IMG/VR virus record: IMGVR_UViG_3300028920_000022
Span: 248,001 to 312,000 of that record
Direction: 5' to 3' (one strand)
DNA length: 64,000 bases
Below are positions 37,156-48,300 of the stretch, in pieces; the first letter of the stretch is position 1; each line of letters starts with the position of its first letter. A model generated the notes under the pieces. That model saw only the letters and a program-made list of their open reading frames with translations, was not told the DNA's origin and ran no database searches. The position numbers were made by a program, and so were the translations under genes.

Positions 37156-37950
37156 ATGGCAGTCGGATTTAATCATGTTACGGATCTGTACGATATTTAC
37201 AATGTTGTTCAGAATACAATAATTCGCTATCCCAAGGAAGTAATTATATTTACGCTGCGCGAAGTTTTCGAAAAAGATAGCTACTATCATTACGTAAGAA
37301 ATGCCTGGGGCTTCCCAGAAACTCCAGATCATACAGATTTAGATCCTTATGCGGGCATGTTCGATGATGGGACTACCAGGATCTATATAGGAGAGCAGAA
37401 TCGGGGAGACCAGATTTATTATCCCGCTCTGATAGTCAAGTCAGGCGGAGCCAGATCTAAACCATTATCACTTAATCGTGACCAGTATGTGGTCGGATAT
37501 AAATCTGTGTTGTTTACAGATACTGATGGGCATGAGCGATTAGTTCAGCGTCCGGAGAAATTCATACTTTCCGGAGCATGGGAAAGCTCTATGAACATAG
37601 AGGTACTCGCTCGTGGAATTCATGCCCGAGATGATTTAGTAGAGATAGTCGCTTTATTATTTAAAGACTGGAAATGGAACGAGTTGAACAGAGCTGGGAT
37701 ATCGGTAAAGCCAAATATTTCTATTGGTTCACCCAGCGAAAGCGAAGATAGGAATGATAAGTTGTATCGGCAAACTGTAACTTTGGAACTTTGGACAGAA
37801 TGGAGGAGAGAAATACCCGTAGAAAGCATTTTGGATGCTATCAATTTCTGCGTAGATTTGGGTCATACAGAAGACGATGTTTTTATTCCCGCACCCAATA
37901 TATCAATCAGTACTAAAGTGGAGCTTTTGGACGCTTTTCAGCCAGCTTAG
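37156..37950 (+). CDS. Tail terminator / tail completion protein (putative)
   Basis: Directly upstream of the sheath gene; YPALIVK...MNIEVLAR...RDDLVE...LYRQTVTLELWTEW pattern. ATG 37156 preferred over 37120. Confidence 0.6.
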   Translation: MAVGFNHVTDLYDIYNVVQNTIIRYPKEVIIFTLREVFEKDSYYHYVRNAWGFPETPDHTDLDPYAGMFDDGTTRIYIGEQNRGDQIYYPALIVKSGGARSKPLSLNRDQYVVGYKSVLFTDTDGHERLVQRPEKFILSGAWESSMNIEVLARGIHARDDLVEIVALLFKDWKWNELNRAGISVKPNISIGSPSESEDRNDKLYRQTVTLELWTEWRREIPVESILDAINFCVDLGHTEDDVFIPAPNISISTKVELLDAFQPA

Positions 37951-37977
37951 GCTTTAAAAAAGCTGAATGGTGCTGGG

Positions 37978-37990
37978 AATAATATAGTAT
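37978..37990 (+). promoter_or_regulatory. Candidate late promoter AATA-N5-GTAT
   Basis: AATA ATATA GTAT in the gap before the sheath gene. Confidence 0.45.
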
Positions 37991-38034
37991 CTTAAGAGAA
38001 TGGACTAACTTAATTAACGTTAGAGGAATAATCG

Positions 38035-40500
38035 ATGCCAAACTTTCCAGGCTCAAACCAAGCACTTCCTGGCGTATATACCCAGGTAACTACATTATCA
38101 AAAGGCGTTTCCATTCCCGGTGGACAGCGATCTGCTGTGTTGATGGGAGAAGGCTCCAGAATAGAAACAATAGTTGCTTCAGCGAATGGTGGTGGCAATG
38201 ATGGTCTGGATTCAACTTTTACTACCACTACAGGGCAGGACGGAAGGCATTTTCAGTTAAGTAATGCTCCTATTATCAGTAATCGCACAACTTTGTATAA
38301 AAACGGGGTAACGCTGGCAGGTACGGAAGGAACTAATAACGAGTCATCGTTTAGTTCCGCTTATGATTATAGAATAGATATCACTGATGGAACGATTGAA
38401 CTGCAAGCGGCAGCACTCGTAGATCAGGGTGGCGCATATTACTCAGCTAGTGCCCTAAATGTGGGAACTGGAGAAATCTCCAATTTAACACTAGTAGATG
38501 AAAATGCCCCTTCTGAAACTTGGACTGTTCGTTGCACTTCAGTGCGGCGAGACGGTTATGGCGATCCTATTGATGGATATGCCAAATTTGTGGTTCAGGG
38601 GTCAGTAAGCGGCACCATACTGGACGGTTATGGGAATCAAATATTCTGGCAGTCTAACGGTGTATTGGTAAGTAATGGTATCCTTAGTTTCTCTATCTCG
38701 GAAGGAGCTACGGCATTCCAGGAAGGCGATCGTTTTACCATTGAAGTGGAAGGCGGAGTACTCCTAGCTGGAGACAGCTTAACTGCAACTTATATAGCCA
38801 CCACAGACATCAATACTCCAGAGTATTTTACAGACATTAACGCACTCACCACAAAACATGGTTCACCAAGTTTGACGAACCGTCTTTCTCTGGGTGCCCA
38901 GTTAACTTTTGCTAATACTCCTCCTGGTGTTTGGGCACTGCAAGCTGCTCCATCAATTCCAAGACGTGTTTCTTATGTGTTGGAAGAGTCGGCTTCTGGC
39001 GGAACAGCGGTAGATGATTTGACATTTGCTTTGCCCCTTGGGGTTGTTCCGGACGCTGATACAAATATTAATTTCTTTATTACCGATCCAGTAACAGAAG
39101 TAGAATCACAGATAATCCCTAATAAAGTGGATTTTTATGATGCCGCTATAACAGCGAGTCCTACTTCATTCATCAATGGTGCTGGGTATGTATTCTCATA
39201 TACGGTAATTTTAGATGAGACTACTGGTGTAGTTAAAGAAGACAATGATGGCGTTTTGGTTTCCTTGGGCGGAAGTCAAGCAACGATCAGTAGCGCAACA
39301 GTAAACTTTAACATTGATGATTTAAGTGCAACTCGTTCATTGAAGATCTTCAACGCCGCTTCGGCGAACAATGGAACTCATACGATCGTGTCGATTTCTG
39401 ATGGAGTAATGACTATTCAGCATGAGACCGGTGGTACATTTGTGGGAGAAACTTCGGTAGAATTCCAGGTTCTTGATTCTTCAATTGAGGATGCAAAGAT
39501 TCTTTGGACTGATGATCTGGCAATGACTTTGGGACAGTCACTTCGTGCAACCATTGTTGATACCAGGGACGCTGATTTCTTTGATGTTGGATGGATTTCT
39601 GCTTATGAAGCGCTGGAAACTATTGAAACGGATATAATTGTTCCATTACCTTCACAAACGATTTCTGCCATTTTCCAGAACGGCAAGTCACATGTTGAAT
39701 ATATGAGCAATATCAAGAATCGTAAAGAACGGGTGTTGTTCATTGGTGCAATTCAAGGATTAGAGCCAGCCAACGTAATTGGAACCACTAATGCTGCGGT
39801 GGAGGACATAGGTATTCTTGAAGGAATTCAAGGTGACGATGTTTCCGAGGTTCTAGCTGGAAACATTGAGGATCTGGCGAACTACGGTGTACAGAACGCT
39901 TATTCTGATACTTATCGGGTTTGTTACTTCTACCCTGATGAGATTGTGGTTCAGATTGGCGCTGATAGAACATTGGTGGATGGGTTCTTTATTTCCGCAG
40001 CAGCGGCAGGGTTCTTATCTGCAATGACGAATATTGCGGTACCATTGACCAATAAGACGCTCAGCGGGTTCACCATTTTGAGTGATAAGCAGTATCGTCC
40101 AATTACTCTGGAGCAACTAACTGCCAGCGGTATTACGGTATTGCAGCCTATAACTGGTGGTGGACGAGTTATTCGTGGTCAGACTACTACTAATAGCGGA
40201 TATCTTGAAGAGCTTGAACTTAGCATTGTCTTCATACGAGACCGTATTGCTAAGAATATGCGGCAAGCATTCCAGGGATTCATTGGTACGGCTGAGTCCA
40301 GCATACTCAAAGGGTCTTTGATTTCGCGTGCCACAGGTATGTTAAACGGCTTTATAACGCAAGGATACATTACTTCGTGGACGGATTTGAAAGTTGATAG
40401 AGATGAAGTTGATCCAACACAGTGGAATGTGAAAGTACATGTACAACCCACTTATCCGGTTAACTTTGTTTATATTGAGTTTACAGTTGGTATTCTGTAA
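38035..40500 (+). CDS. Contractile tail sheath protein
   Basis: N-terminal PGVY motif; C-terminal ELSIVFIRDRI...VKVHVQPTYPVNFVYIEF; long internal insertion domains; 3 DGY. Confidence 0.9.
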   Translation: MPNFPGSNQALPGVYTQVTTLSKGVSIPGGQRSAVLMGEGSRIETIVASANGGGNDGLDSTFTTTTGQDGRHFQLSNAPIISNRTTLYKNGVTLAGTEGTNNESSFSSAYDYRIDITDGTIELQAAALVDQGGAYYSASALNVGTGEISNLTLVDENAPSETWTVRCTSVRRDGYGDPIDGYAKFVVQGSVSGTILDGYGNQIFWQSNGVLVSNGILSFSISEGATAFQEGDRFTIEVEGGVLLAGDSLTATYIATTDINTPEYFTDINALTTKHGSPSLTNRLSLGAQLTFANTPPGVWALQAAPSIPRRVSYVLEESASGGTAVDDLTFALPLGVVPDADTNINFFITDPVTEVESQIIPNKVDFYDAAITASPTSFINGAGYVFSYTVILDETTGVVKEDNDGVLVSLGGSQATISSATVNFNIDDLSATRSLKIFNAASANNGTHTIVSISDGVMTIQHETGGTFVGETSVEFQVLDSSIEDAKILWTDDLAMTLGQSLRATIVDTRDADFFDVGWISAYEALETIETDIIVPLPSQTISAIFQNGKSHVEYMSNIKNRKERVLFIGAIQGLEPANVIGTTNAAVEDIGILEGIQGDDVSEVLAGNIEDLANYGVQNAYSDTYRVCYFYPDEIVVQIGADRTLVDGFFISAAAAGFLSAMTNIAVPLTNKTLSGFTILSDKQYRPITLEQLTASGITVLQPITGGGRVIRGQTTTNSGYLEELELSIVFIRDRIAKNMRQAFQGFIGTAESSILKGSLISRATGMLNGFITQGYITSWTDLKVDRDEVDPTQWNVKVHVQPTYPVNFVYIEFTVGIL

Positions 40501-40521
40501 TAAACTAATAAGGATAAATAA

Positions 40522-41181
40522 ATGCCAGTTAGAATTAATAATGCGGGTAGTACCAGGATAACTTCACCTGAGGGCGATGCAGCAAGGACCGCAACCCATC
40601 TGTCAACCAACATTTATCTTGCAGTTAATGGCATTCAGTTAGCTGCGGTACAATCTCTTCAGGTTAACGAAGAGCGTGGATTAAAGATGATTGATGAGGT
40701 TGGTACAGACGGTCACATTGATAGCGCTCCAAATGTTTCTACCAATATCACTGGCACATGTAATCGTGTAAGGTTTGATGGTCAAAGAATTGCTGAAGCA
40801 TTTCAACGTGGATTTGTGCATGTCCATGCACAGCGTATTCCTTTTGATATTGAGGTACATGATAATTTCCAGGGAGCAGATGACGATTCAATCATTGTTA
40901 CCACTATCCGCAACGTATGGATCCAGAGTATTAGATATACCTATCAAGTATCTGACTTTGTTATTGTTGAAGATATGATTTGGCAAGCTGAAAGCATTGA
41001 AAGTGTGCGACAGTCTGGTGCGGCTGTTGTGGGTCCAGTTAATAATCGTGGTATTCCAATGTCTGGCGCCAGTACACTTAACCCATATGAGACATCAGCA
41101 GATGTGGGTAAGTATCGTGGTGCCCTGGATGCTCCTGGTTTATTGGATGCTTTTAATGCTGCGGCAGGCAGAGTCCGCTAA
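40522..41181 (+). CDS. Tail tube protein
   Basis: Follows the sheath; 219 aa beta-rich (AVQSLQVNEERGLKMIDEVG...PFDIEVHD). Confidence 0.8.
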   Translation: MPVRINNAGSTRITSPEGDAARTATHLSTNIYLAVNGIQLAAVQSLQVNEERGLKMIDEVGTDGHIDSAPNVSTNITGTCNRVRFDGQRIAEAFQRGFVHVHAQRIPFDIEVHDNFQGADDDSIIVTTIRNVWIQSIRYTYQVSDFVIVEDMIWQAESIESVRQSGAAVVGPVNNRGIPMSGASTLNPYETSADVGKYRGALDAPGLLDAFNAAAGRVR

Positions 41182-41252
41182 TCTTTTGGGTATTTCGTTA
41201 TATACCTAAAGTGGCTAAAAACCATTAGTCACATAAAAACAGGAGTGTAAGT

Positions 41253-41852
41253 ATGAGTAATGGGAAGAAAGTTCGTGGTATTTCCAGTCCCATGGGTAGA
41301 TTAGCATTTGCTAAACAACAGGAAAAAAAGGTATTAACCGTTGACGATCCTACCGTAGAAGATGAGGTAGAAGATTCGGAAGAACAATATAGGAAAGAGC
41401 TTGAAGCAGCCCGCAAAGCTAAACAAGAAGCTCAGGTAAAAGCTACTCCGCAAGCTATCAACAGATTAGAAATCTTAGCTGGAATTGGCAGATTAGGTAC
41501 AGAAATAACTATAGATAATATTACATTTTCCCTTAAATCTCTCAAAGCTAGGGAAATGCGGGAGATAATGGTTGCAGCATCTAAGGTTGAAAACGCCGTA
41601 GAACAAGCCTTTGAGATGCGAGCAAATACTATAGCTAGAGCTATCGATAAGGTCAACGGGCAACCATTTGATATTATATTAGGATCTGATGATTTGGATT
41701 TTAAAATTGCTTTTGTACAAGAATTAGATGAAAAAGTATTGGTAAAATTGCATAATGAATATACGGCAATGGTAAGTGATTCTAATTCTAAAATAGAAGA
41801 GGATTTAGGCAAAACCGCCGAGGAGGTGTCTGAGACAGTAAAAAAATCGTAA
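41253..41852 (+). CDS. Tail assembly chaperone (gpG-like)
   Basis: Between tube and tape measure; ends at the slippery run GTA AAA AAA TCG TAA. Confidence 0.75.
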   Translation: MSNGKKVRGISSPMGRLAFAKQQEKKVLTVDDPTVEDEVEDSEEQYRKELEAARKAKQEAQVKATPQAINRLEILAGIGRLGTEITIDNITFSLKSLKAREMREIMVAASKVENAVEQAFEMRANTIARAIDKVNGQPFDIILGSDDLDFKIAFVQELDEKVLVKLHNEYTAMVSDSNSKIEEDLGKTAEEVSETVKKS

Positions 41853-42202
41853 ATGACATAGAACATAGGTTTATTTGGTTTTTATGTAAGAAATATACAA
41901 AACTACCAGATGATCCGTGGTTCGAGGAAATTGATGATTTCCAATGGATGTGGATGTTTTATTCCTGGATTGCGGATCAAAAAGAACAACATGAAATGTT
42001 CCATGATTACGGTACTTTTGTTGGATCATTCTTTAATCAAGAAATGGCTAAGCAGATTTGGAATTCCAAGAATCCACAGTTTACATCTACTGATGAAGAA
42101 TATGAGCAATCAGCTAAGAACGTTTTGGAAGTGGGAAAACAAGTGTCTCAAACATCAAAGCATAGAAGGCATCGAAGAAATATGAAAGTACTTAATAAAT
42201 AG
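41253..42202 (+). CDS. Tail assembly chaperone gpGT-like product of a -1 programmed frameshift (316 aa)
   Basis: A AAA AAA at 41840-41846; the -1 frame is open from 41840 (KKIVNDIEHRFIWFLC...) through the ORF called at 41948 to 42202. Confidence 0.75.
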
Positions 42203-42210
42203 GTTTTTAA

Positions 42211-44388
42211 ATGGCAGAGGACACACCCATTACGATAGCCAAAGATTATATAGAGTCTTTAACGAAAGGTCTTACCAATATTAATGAGAGCTTTGATAGA
42301 ATGACAGATAAGCTCTCTGAGGTTATGGGTGGATTTAATGGTATCGTTAACACTGCTGGTACAGTTGTAGAAAGAACAAAAGAAGCATCTCAGAACATAA
42401 GTTTCTTTGCTAACGAAGCAAAAAAAGCATTTTATGATTCGGTGTCAGGGCAAGATACCCCACTAATGCGTGCTTTGGTGGGGGTTGCCGGAGCAGCATT
42501 TAAACCCACCGAGTCGATGAAAGTTTTGGGACAAGAAGCGGCTAAAAGCACCGGCTCATTAGAAGCTTCTAGGCAAGCAATTGAGGATTATACAAAATAT
42601 ATACCAGGATTTGGTAGCACAATTGCTAGGTTGGGTGAAAATTTCATTGAACAATGGGAAGCCATTTCTAATGCTGAAGATGGTTTTCGTAGAATGTTAG
42701 GAACGTCTGGCGATCTATTTCAGGTATTTAGTAAAGGAGTGCCAATAGCCGCCAACTTGAGTAAAGAGTTAATGGCTTATCAGACACATTTATATAATGT
42801 TGCACAAACTACTGATGAAACAATGTCTCAGGTTGCAACTTATTATGGACAGCTAGGGCAAATCAGTGGTGCCTATAAGACCATGATTGGTGAAGGGGTA
42901 CAGAAGATAAGCCTAATGGAAGCTGCAATAAAGACAGCCAAGGGTACTGGACAGGATTTTGGTGAAATATTTAAAGTAATGAATAATCAGTTTAGGCGAT
43001 TTGGTGATGTAGGAGAGAAACCGTTGGGATTGTTTGCTCAAATGAACCAAACCGCTCAACATCTTGGAATTAGGCTTGAGTTTTTGACTCAGAATGTTGA
43101 TGCCATTTCTCAGAGTTTTAGAGTCTATGGTGATTCTACCGAAGGTGCTTTAAAGATTACCAAAGGGTTTTTTGAAGCATTTCGTGGCGAAGAGGGGGTG
43201 GGACCTGAGATTATTCAAAGCATAACCAAAGGTGTTACCGAGTCTATTGCTCAAATGGACATTGCCCAAAAGGGGTTTTTATCTGGTCAAACTGGCGGAG
43301 CTGGCGGATTGCGTGGCGCATATGAGGTTGAACTCAAATTGCGTGAAGGTAACATTGATGAAGTTTATCAAATGATGGAAACTGCCTTACGCAAACAGTT
43401 TGGTGGAAGAATACGAACTCTTGAAGAAGGATCGCAAAGTGATACTGCAGCTGCCGAACTCACTCGCCAAGTTGCGTTTTTGAGACAGGGTCCATTTGGT
43501 CAGGTAGCAAAGACTGATGCGGATGCATATCGTTTATTGGAGGCTTTTAGGAAAGGCACCCGTCCCTCTGAAACTTTAGCCACCAACAGGGAGGCATACC
43601 AACAAGCGCTAACTGAGAGTGTAAACATACAAAAGCTTCATACAAATATATTTAGAGATATACAGAATAAAGTTGGAATTATGAAAGACAGAGCCGCCCG
43701 GGTAGCGGTAGAAGGAGGTCGTTATTTGGTTGGCGCTGGTGGCGGAAAAACCTTAAAACCTGAAGGTTTATATTCTGGCATTCGTGGAGAAACCATGAAA
43801 AACGCCGCAGCCGAGGAAGCAATTAGGATTGGGGCGCTTGAAACACGTAAAAAAACACCTGGGGGAAGCGATATAAAAACAGCATACAACCAAGCAAGTG
43901 AGATCATAAGTCGGTCGGTTAATGAATATAAACAAGGTTTTGCTGGGATAACAGACAAATTCTTACCTAACATGGCAGAGATATTCAACATACATATCGA
44001 TGATATGAGGAAGCGTTTTGAACAGTTTGCTTCTCGCGAAGATATGGCAAAGAAAGATTTAAGTGAAGTTCAGACTTTGTTTTTTACTAAATTTCCCCAG
44101 ATGTTAAAACCTTCTAAAGAATCACGAGAAATTAGGGGTCAAGAAACTTTGCCTATGGCACCTCGTACACTTCCTCAACGTGAAATGACTGAGGAAATAT
44201 CCGTTCCAGGCGTTGGAACAATTACCGCGCAACCTATAGAAAATAATAATCACTTTAAGATTAACATTGTTATTGATCCAAATAAACAATCACAAAATTT
44301 TGAATTTACTATTCCAGATACAGGAACTCCGAGCGATGTCAATAAAGTTCAAGCAACGCCACCTACAGACATAGATATAGGATATTAA
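42211..44388 (+). CDS. Tape measure protein
   Basis: 725 aa, helical Ala/Gly/Gln-rich, after the chaperones. Confidence 0.75.
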   Translation: MAEDTPITIAKDYIESLTKGLTNINESFDRMTDKLSEVMGGFNGIVNTAGTVVERTKEASQNISFFANEAKKAFYDSVSGQDTPLMRALVGVAGAAFKPTESMKVLGQEAAKSTGSLEASRQAIEDYTKYIPGFGSTIARLGENFIEQWEAISNAEDGFRRMLGTSGDLFQVFSKGVPIAANLSKELMAYQTHLYNVAQTTDETMSQVATYYGQLGQISGAYKTMIGEGVQKISLMEAAIKTAKGTGQDFGEIFKVMNNQFRRFGDVGEKPLGLFAQMNQTAQHLGIRLEFLTQNVDAISQSFRVYGDSTEGALKITKGFFEAFRGEEGVGPEIIQSITKGVTESIAQMDIAQKGFLSGQTGGAGGLRGAYEVELKLREGNIDEVYQMMETALRKQFGGRIRTLEEGSQSDTAAAELTRQVAFLRQGPFGQVAKTDADAYRLLEAFRKGTRPSETLATNREAYQQALTESVNIQKLHTNIFRDIQNKVGIMKDRAARVAVEGGRYLVGAGGGKTLKPEGLYSGIRGETMKNAAAEEAIRIGALETRKKTPGGSDIKTAYNQASEIISRSVNEYKQGFAGITDKFLPNMAEIFNIHIDDMRKRFEQFASREDMAKKDLSEVQTLFFTKFPQMLKPSKESREIRGQETLPMAPRTLPQREMTEEISVPGVGTITAQPIENNNHFKINIVIDPNKQSQNFEFTIPDTGTPSDVNKVQATPPTDIDIGY

Positions 44389-44390
44389 TT

Positions 44391-45344
44391 ATGCCATTTC
44401 CATTTTCACCCAAAGACGTTTTCGAAACCGGCGCTCTGTTGGGAACTGGTAAAGCCCAAGAACAAATTAATACCGGATTTGATGCCAATGTACCACCAAC
44501 TCCGAGTGGATTAGGCACCAGACAGAGCAGGGTTAGAAATAATAGGGTGGGCGTTTCTAAACGTAAACTTATGCGTTGGCTGGTTCCTGAACAACCTATT
44601 GTGCAGATGTATCTGAACCCTCAACAAGTTCAGTATCAATATAGGAAACAGGTTACAGAGGCTAGAACCAAAGGCGGTTATGTTCTGCAGTATTGGGGAG
44701 AGGAAATTACGGGATTGAGCATTAACGGTACAACAGGCACTTCTGGTATTGAAGGTATAAATGTTTTATATGACATTTATCGAAATGAACAATTAATGTT
44801 TGATCCTTTTGCTTTATTTTTGCAAGCAGAACAGGAGAAAGCGGAAGATCAAGATTTTACAGATTTCTTAGGTTTAGGTTTTGTGAATGATTTGGCAAAC
44901 TTAGTTAACCCTGATGAACAAGCTTCGGTACCAGCAACACGAAATAAACCTACTTTAGCTTCAATGGCTTTTACAGTTGAGTTATATTGGTCTGGTGAGG
45001 TGTATAGAGGGTACTTTAAAGATTTTACAGTAACAGAAAGTGCTCAAAATCTTGGCATGTTTGATTATACTATTTCTTTTAGAGCCACTCAGAAACGTGG
45101 TTTCCGTGCTAATTTCCAGCCCTGGCATCGTAGCGCCACTTCTGGTCCTAGTGATTCTGGTATTAATGGTCCTCCACATAGCTTTGCTATTCAGGCGGTT
45201 AACCAGGCTAGACCGCAACGTAATGCCGTTGATCAACCATCTTTGAACAGCTCGTTTGTAGATGCCTTTAATCAAACCGGTAGGAGATTAAATAGCGGTG
45301 CTCAGAATGTACAGCGTGCCATAATAGATGCATTTGAGGTATAA
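44391..45344 (+). CDS. Baseplate tube-initiator protein (putative)
   Basis: MYLNPQQVQYQY...YWGEE...INGTTG...YRGYFKDFTVTES...FDYTISF, a tube-like fold after the TMP. Confidence 0.6.
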   Translation: MPFPFSPKDVFETGALLGTGKAQEQINTGFDANVPPTPSGLGTRQSRVRNNRVGVSKRKLMRWLVPEQPIVQMYLNPQQVQYQYRKQVTEARTKGGYVLQYWGEEITGLSINGTTGTSGIEGINVLYDIYRNEQLMFDPFALFLQAEQEKAEDQDFTDFLGLGFVNDLANLVNPDEQASVPATRNKPTLASMAFTVELYWSGEVYRGYFKDFTVTESAQNLGMFDYTISFRATQKRGFRANFQPWHRSATSGPSDSGINGPPHSFAIQAVNQARPQRNAVDQPSLNSSFVDAFNQTGRRLNSGAQNVQRAIIDAFEV

Positions 45345-45346
45345 GA

Positions 45347-48300
45347 GTGGGAAATTTCCTTTCTACATTAGGGAGCATGATAGACCAGCAGTTTGCACCT
45401 GGGGAGAATACTACTCGAACCTTGGACACAACAGCCCCTGGCGGTTCTAAAAATGGAGTTTCTGATCCAGATAAAGTTTCTGCTTTTGGACAATTAGGGG
45501 AATTTGCTAAGCGTATAGATCTGACCGCCCAACGCTCTTATGTAGAAAGTGGCTATATTCGTAATGTTCGTCCTAGAACAATGGAGATAATGCACCAGCA
45601 GCCGGATGTTACTGTTGTTGTAAAAAAACGCATGTTTTCTTCATTAATAGATAATTATAAATTTGAATTAATGGACGGATCTGAAAAGTTGTTTTTAAGA
45701 GCATCTAAAAGATTATTTAAAAATAAATGTCAAGCAATCGCTACGTATGAAAAATTATCAAAAATAGAAAAAGCGGTTAGAAATAAAGGTGTAATAGATG
45801 AATATATGTTACCAATTATTTCTAATTTGGTAGATTTGTTGGATGCTTCTGTTTCCGGAATTGTTAGTGAAAAAACCAAATTAACTATTGAAACATTGCA
45901 AAAGCTTTATGCCTTTTCTGAGCCATCTCAATTGACCACTTGGATTACAGAAAGAGGCACATCTTTTGAACCTGAAACCGGAGAAGGTACGGGAGTATTT
46001 GAGATTACATTAGCCTCTCAAGTTACTACAAATACTTCGGTGATATTCAGTCAGGGAAACTCTAGTCTTAATTTTGAAGACCCATATCGTTTGATGGTCA
46101 TTACCGAGGATGATATCGATAAGGCTATTGCTGATGCCGCTAACATAACCCAACAGGGCTTTTTTGATTTTACTCGTAGAGAGCTGGAGCGCCTCAATGG
46201 AGAGTTACATGGGTTGTTGAGTACCGCCAGAATGCGTCGGGGAGCTTCTCAAATAAAATTCTTAACTAATGATGATACTCTTTTGTATAAGCGTTTGAGG
46301 GCTATTGTTGAGGAAGAGGGGAAAGAAATTTTCTTTAATTATCAGCCCCCGTCTCCGTCATTATCGTTATTTAAAGCCACAGAGGCTCTTACTGACTTTG
46401 CTACCGATCCCCGCCAGATTATTGGATTAACAGATCCCAGAGAAGTAACAAGAGCTTTGTCGGATTCGATGGAGGGATTACAAAGTAATGCTGATATTGA
46501 CCAAAATAGTATTAGCGAACATAATCAATTACAAGGACAAGAAATAGAATTATTTAAACAAATTGTCGATAATACGTTTAAATTAATGAATCTAAGGCGT
46601 ACTCAAGATCGGGAAATTCAGGAGTATATGAGGACGCCTGAATTAGAGTATGCTCGGGAGAAGATGCGGCTGCATTTTGCCAACAAGCCTATGATTCAGC
46701 CGATGGATTCGGTACATGTATATGCCAGCTCAAAAACCAGGATGGATGACCAAGTATTGGGGGTGAGTAAAAAACTATTGACTGGCAATTGGGTCATGAG
46801 TTCTATTAATTCCACCATAGACGGAATAGGCTCTGCTTGGGATGATATTCGTTCATTATTTGGTGCTACTACATCTGGGGTAGAAATAGAGAAGAATTCT
46901 ATTGTAGGACCTGATTTTCCCACATGGTTATGGACTATATTAAGAAACGATTTTACTCGTCAGGCAGCTGGAGTTCATATTTTTGGTGGAATTGTTTCGC
47001 AGTCTGATAGCCAATATACGGCTTCTGATGGAAAACATACGGTTTCTGTTTCTGTTCAGGATAATACGTATTATTTCAAGATGGGACAGATTAACCTCAA
47101 GCCTTCTGTTGAAGTGTATAACACTCCTCTATATGATCCATTAACTCCTTACAAACTGGAGTTTGATGGGTCTTCTGGGTTTTTAACTGGAGAAATTCCT
47201 GACTTATTGGATGAGAACATTGCGTTATTGCAAAACGGATGTGTGCGCAGTAAAAACGGAAAATATAGAAATGTTACTTTAACTCCAACAATTTATGCCT
47301 CAGCAGACGGGGAGATAGTTAGAGGTTATAATAATAGTTATACTTTTAGACGCATTTTTTATGATCCTGATGGGTTCGTTTATAGGTGGAAATCTGGTAT
47401 TGGTGCTCTCACTCTGTTTGGAGACCCGCACCCCTCTAGTAGCTTGGAACAAGAACGTTCCATTGCCTTGACCAAAAACCCCTTCGCCGGTCAGGACGCA
47501 ATGAACGTATTATCATTATTAATTACAGCACAGCCGTATAATTTTAATACATTTGTAAATGGTGCATTAAAGTCTGGGAATCTAACGAGGGATGATTTAA
47601 GGAACGAGCCAGGATCTGTATCATATTATCGGGGATTATTATCTGATTTAACAAAAGCCAACCTAGCTTGGGGCAATTTTATTCCTTTCAAGCAGCTAGT
47701 TGTAAGCGAAAAGTCGTATAATATACTGGTTAGTGCCCAATTTGATGTAACAGAAGCCCATGCCAAATTAAATAAATTAATAGAGGAAAGAGCACGGGAA
47801 TTTGATACTTTGGCACAAACCGGAGAAGGATCTCAGTTTGCCGGCAATCCTCAGGTTTTTAATGTAGATTCTAATGGTCGTTTAATTAATCTCTCAGGCT
47901 TTTCTAAAGACACGGCGGTACTCACGTCCAGACCTACCCAGAAAGCCGCTCAGACAATTGCACAGAAAGACCTAGAGATACTCAGGCTCAAGGAGGAGCT
48001 TTACGATAAGATTGCTAATCCAAATGTAGGTGATGGTAGTATAAAGATATTTGGGGACGACATTTCATTTGAGCCGGAAGCAATGTCAGAAGGGGAGCCA
48101 TTGACAGAAGAAAGCCGGCTCCGGCAGCGAAAAGAGCTTAGGGATAAGCTAAATACCCTTACTTTACGGCGTTTATGGAAGGTAAAAGCTAACGAAGACC
48201 CCAATTTATTTATTGTAGATGACCAATATGATAAAAATTATGATATACAGGCATTTGAAAAAACATTAGCTAAAGGCATGGAATTGCTTAAAAGCGATTA

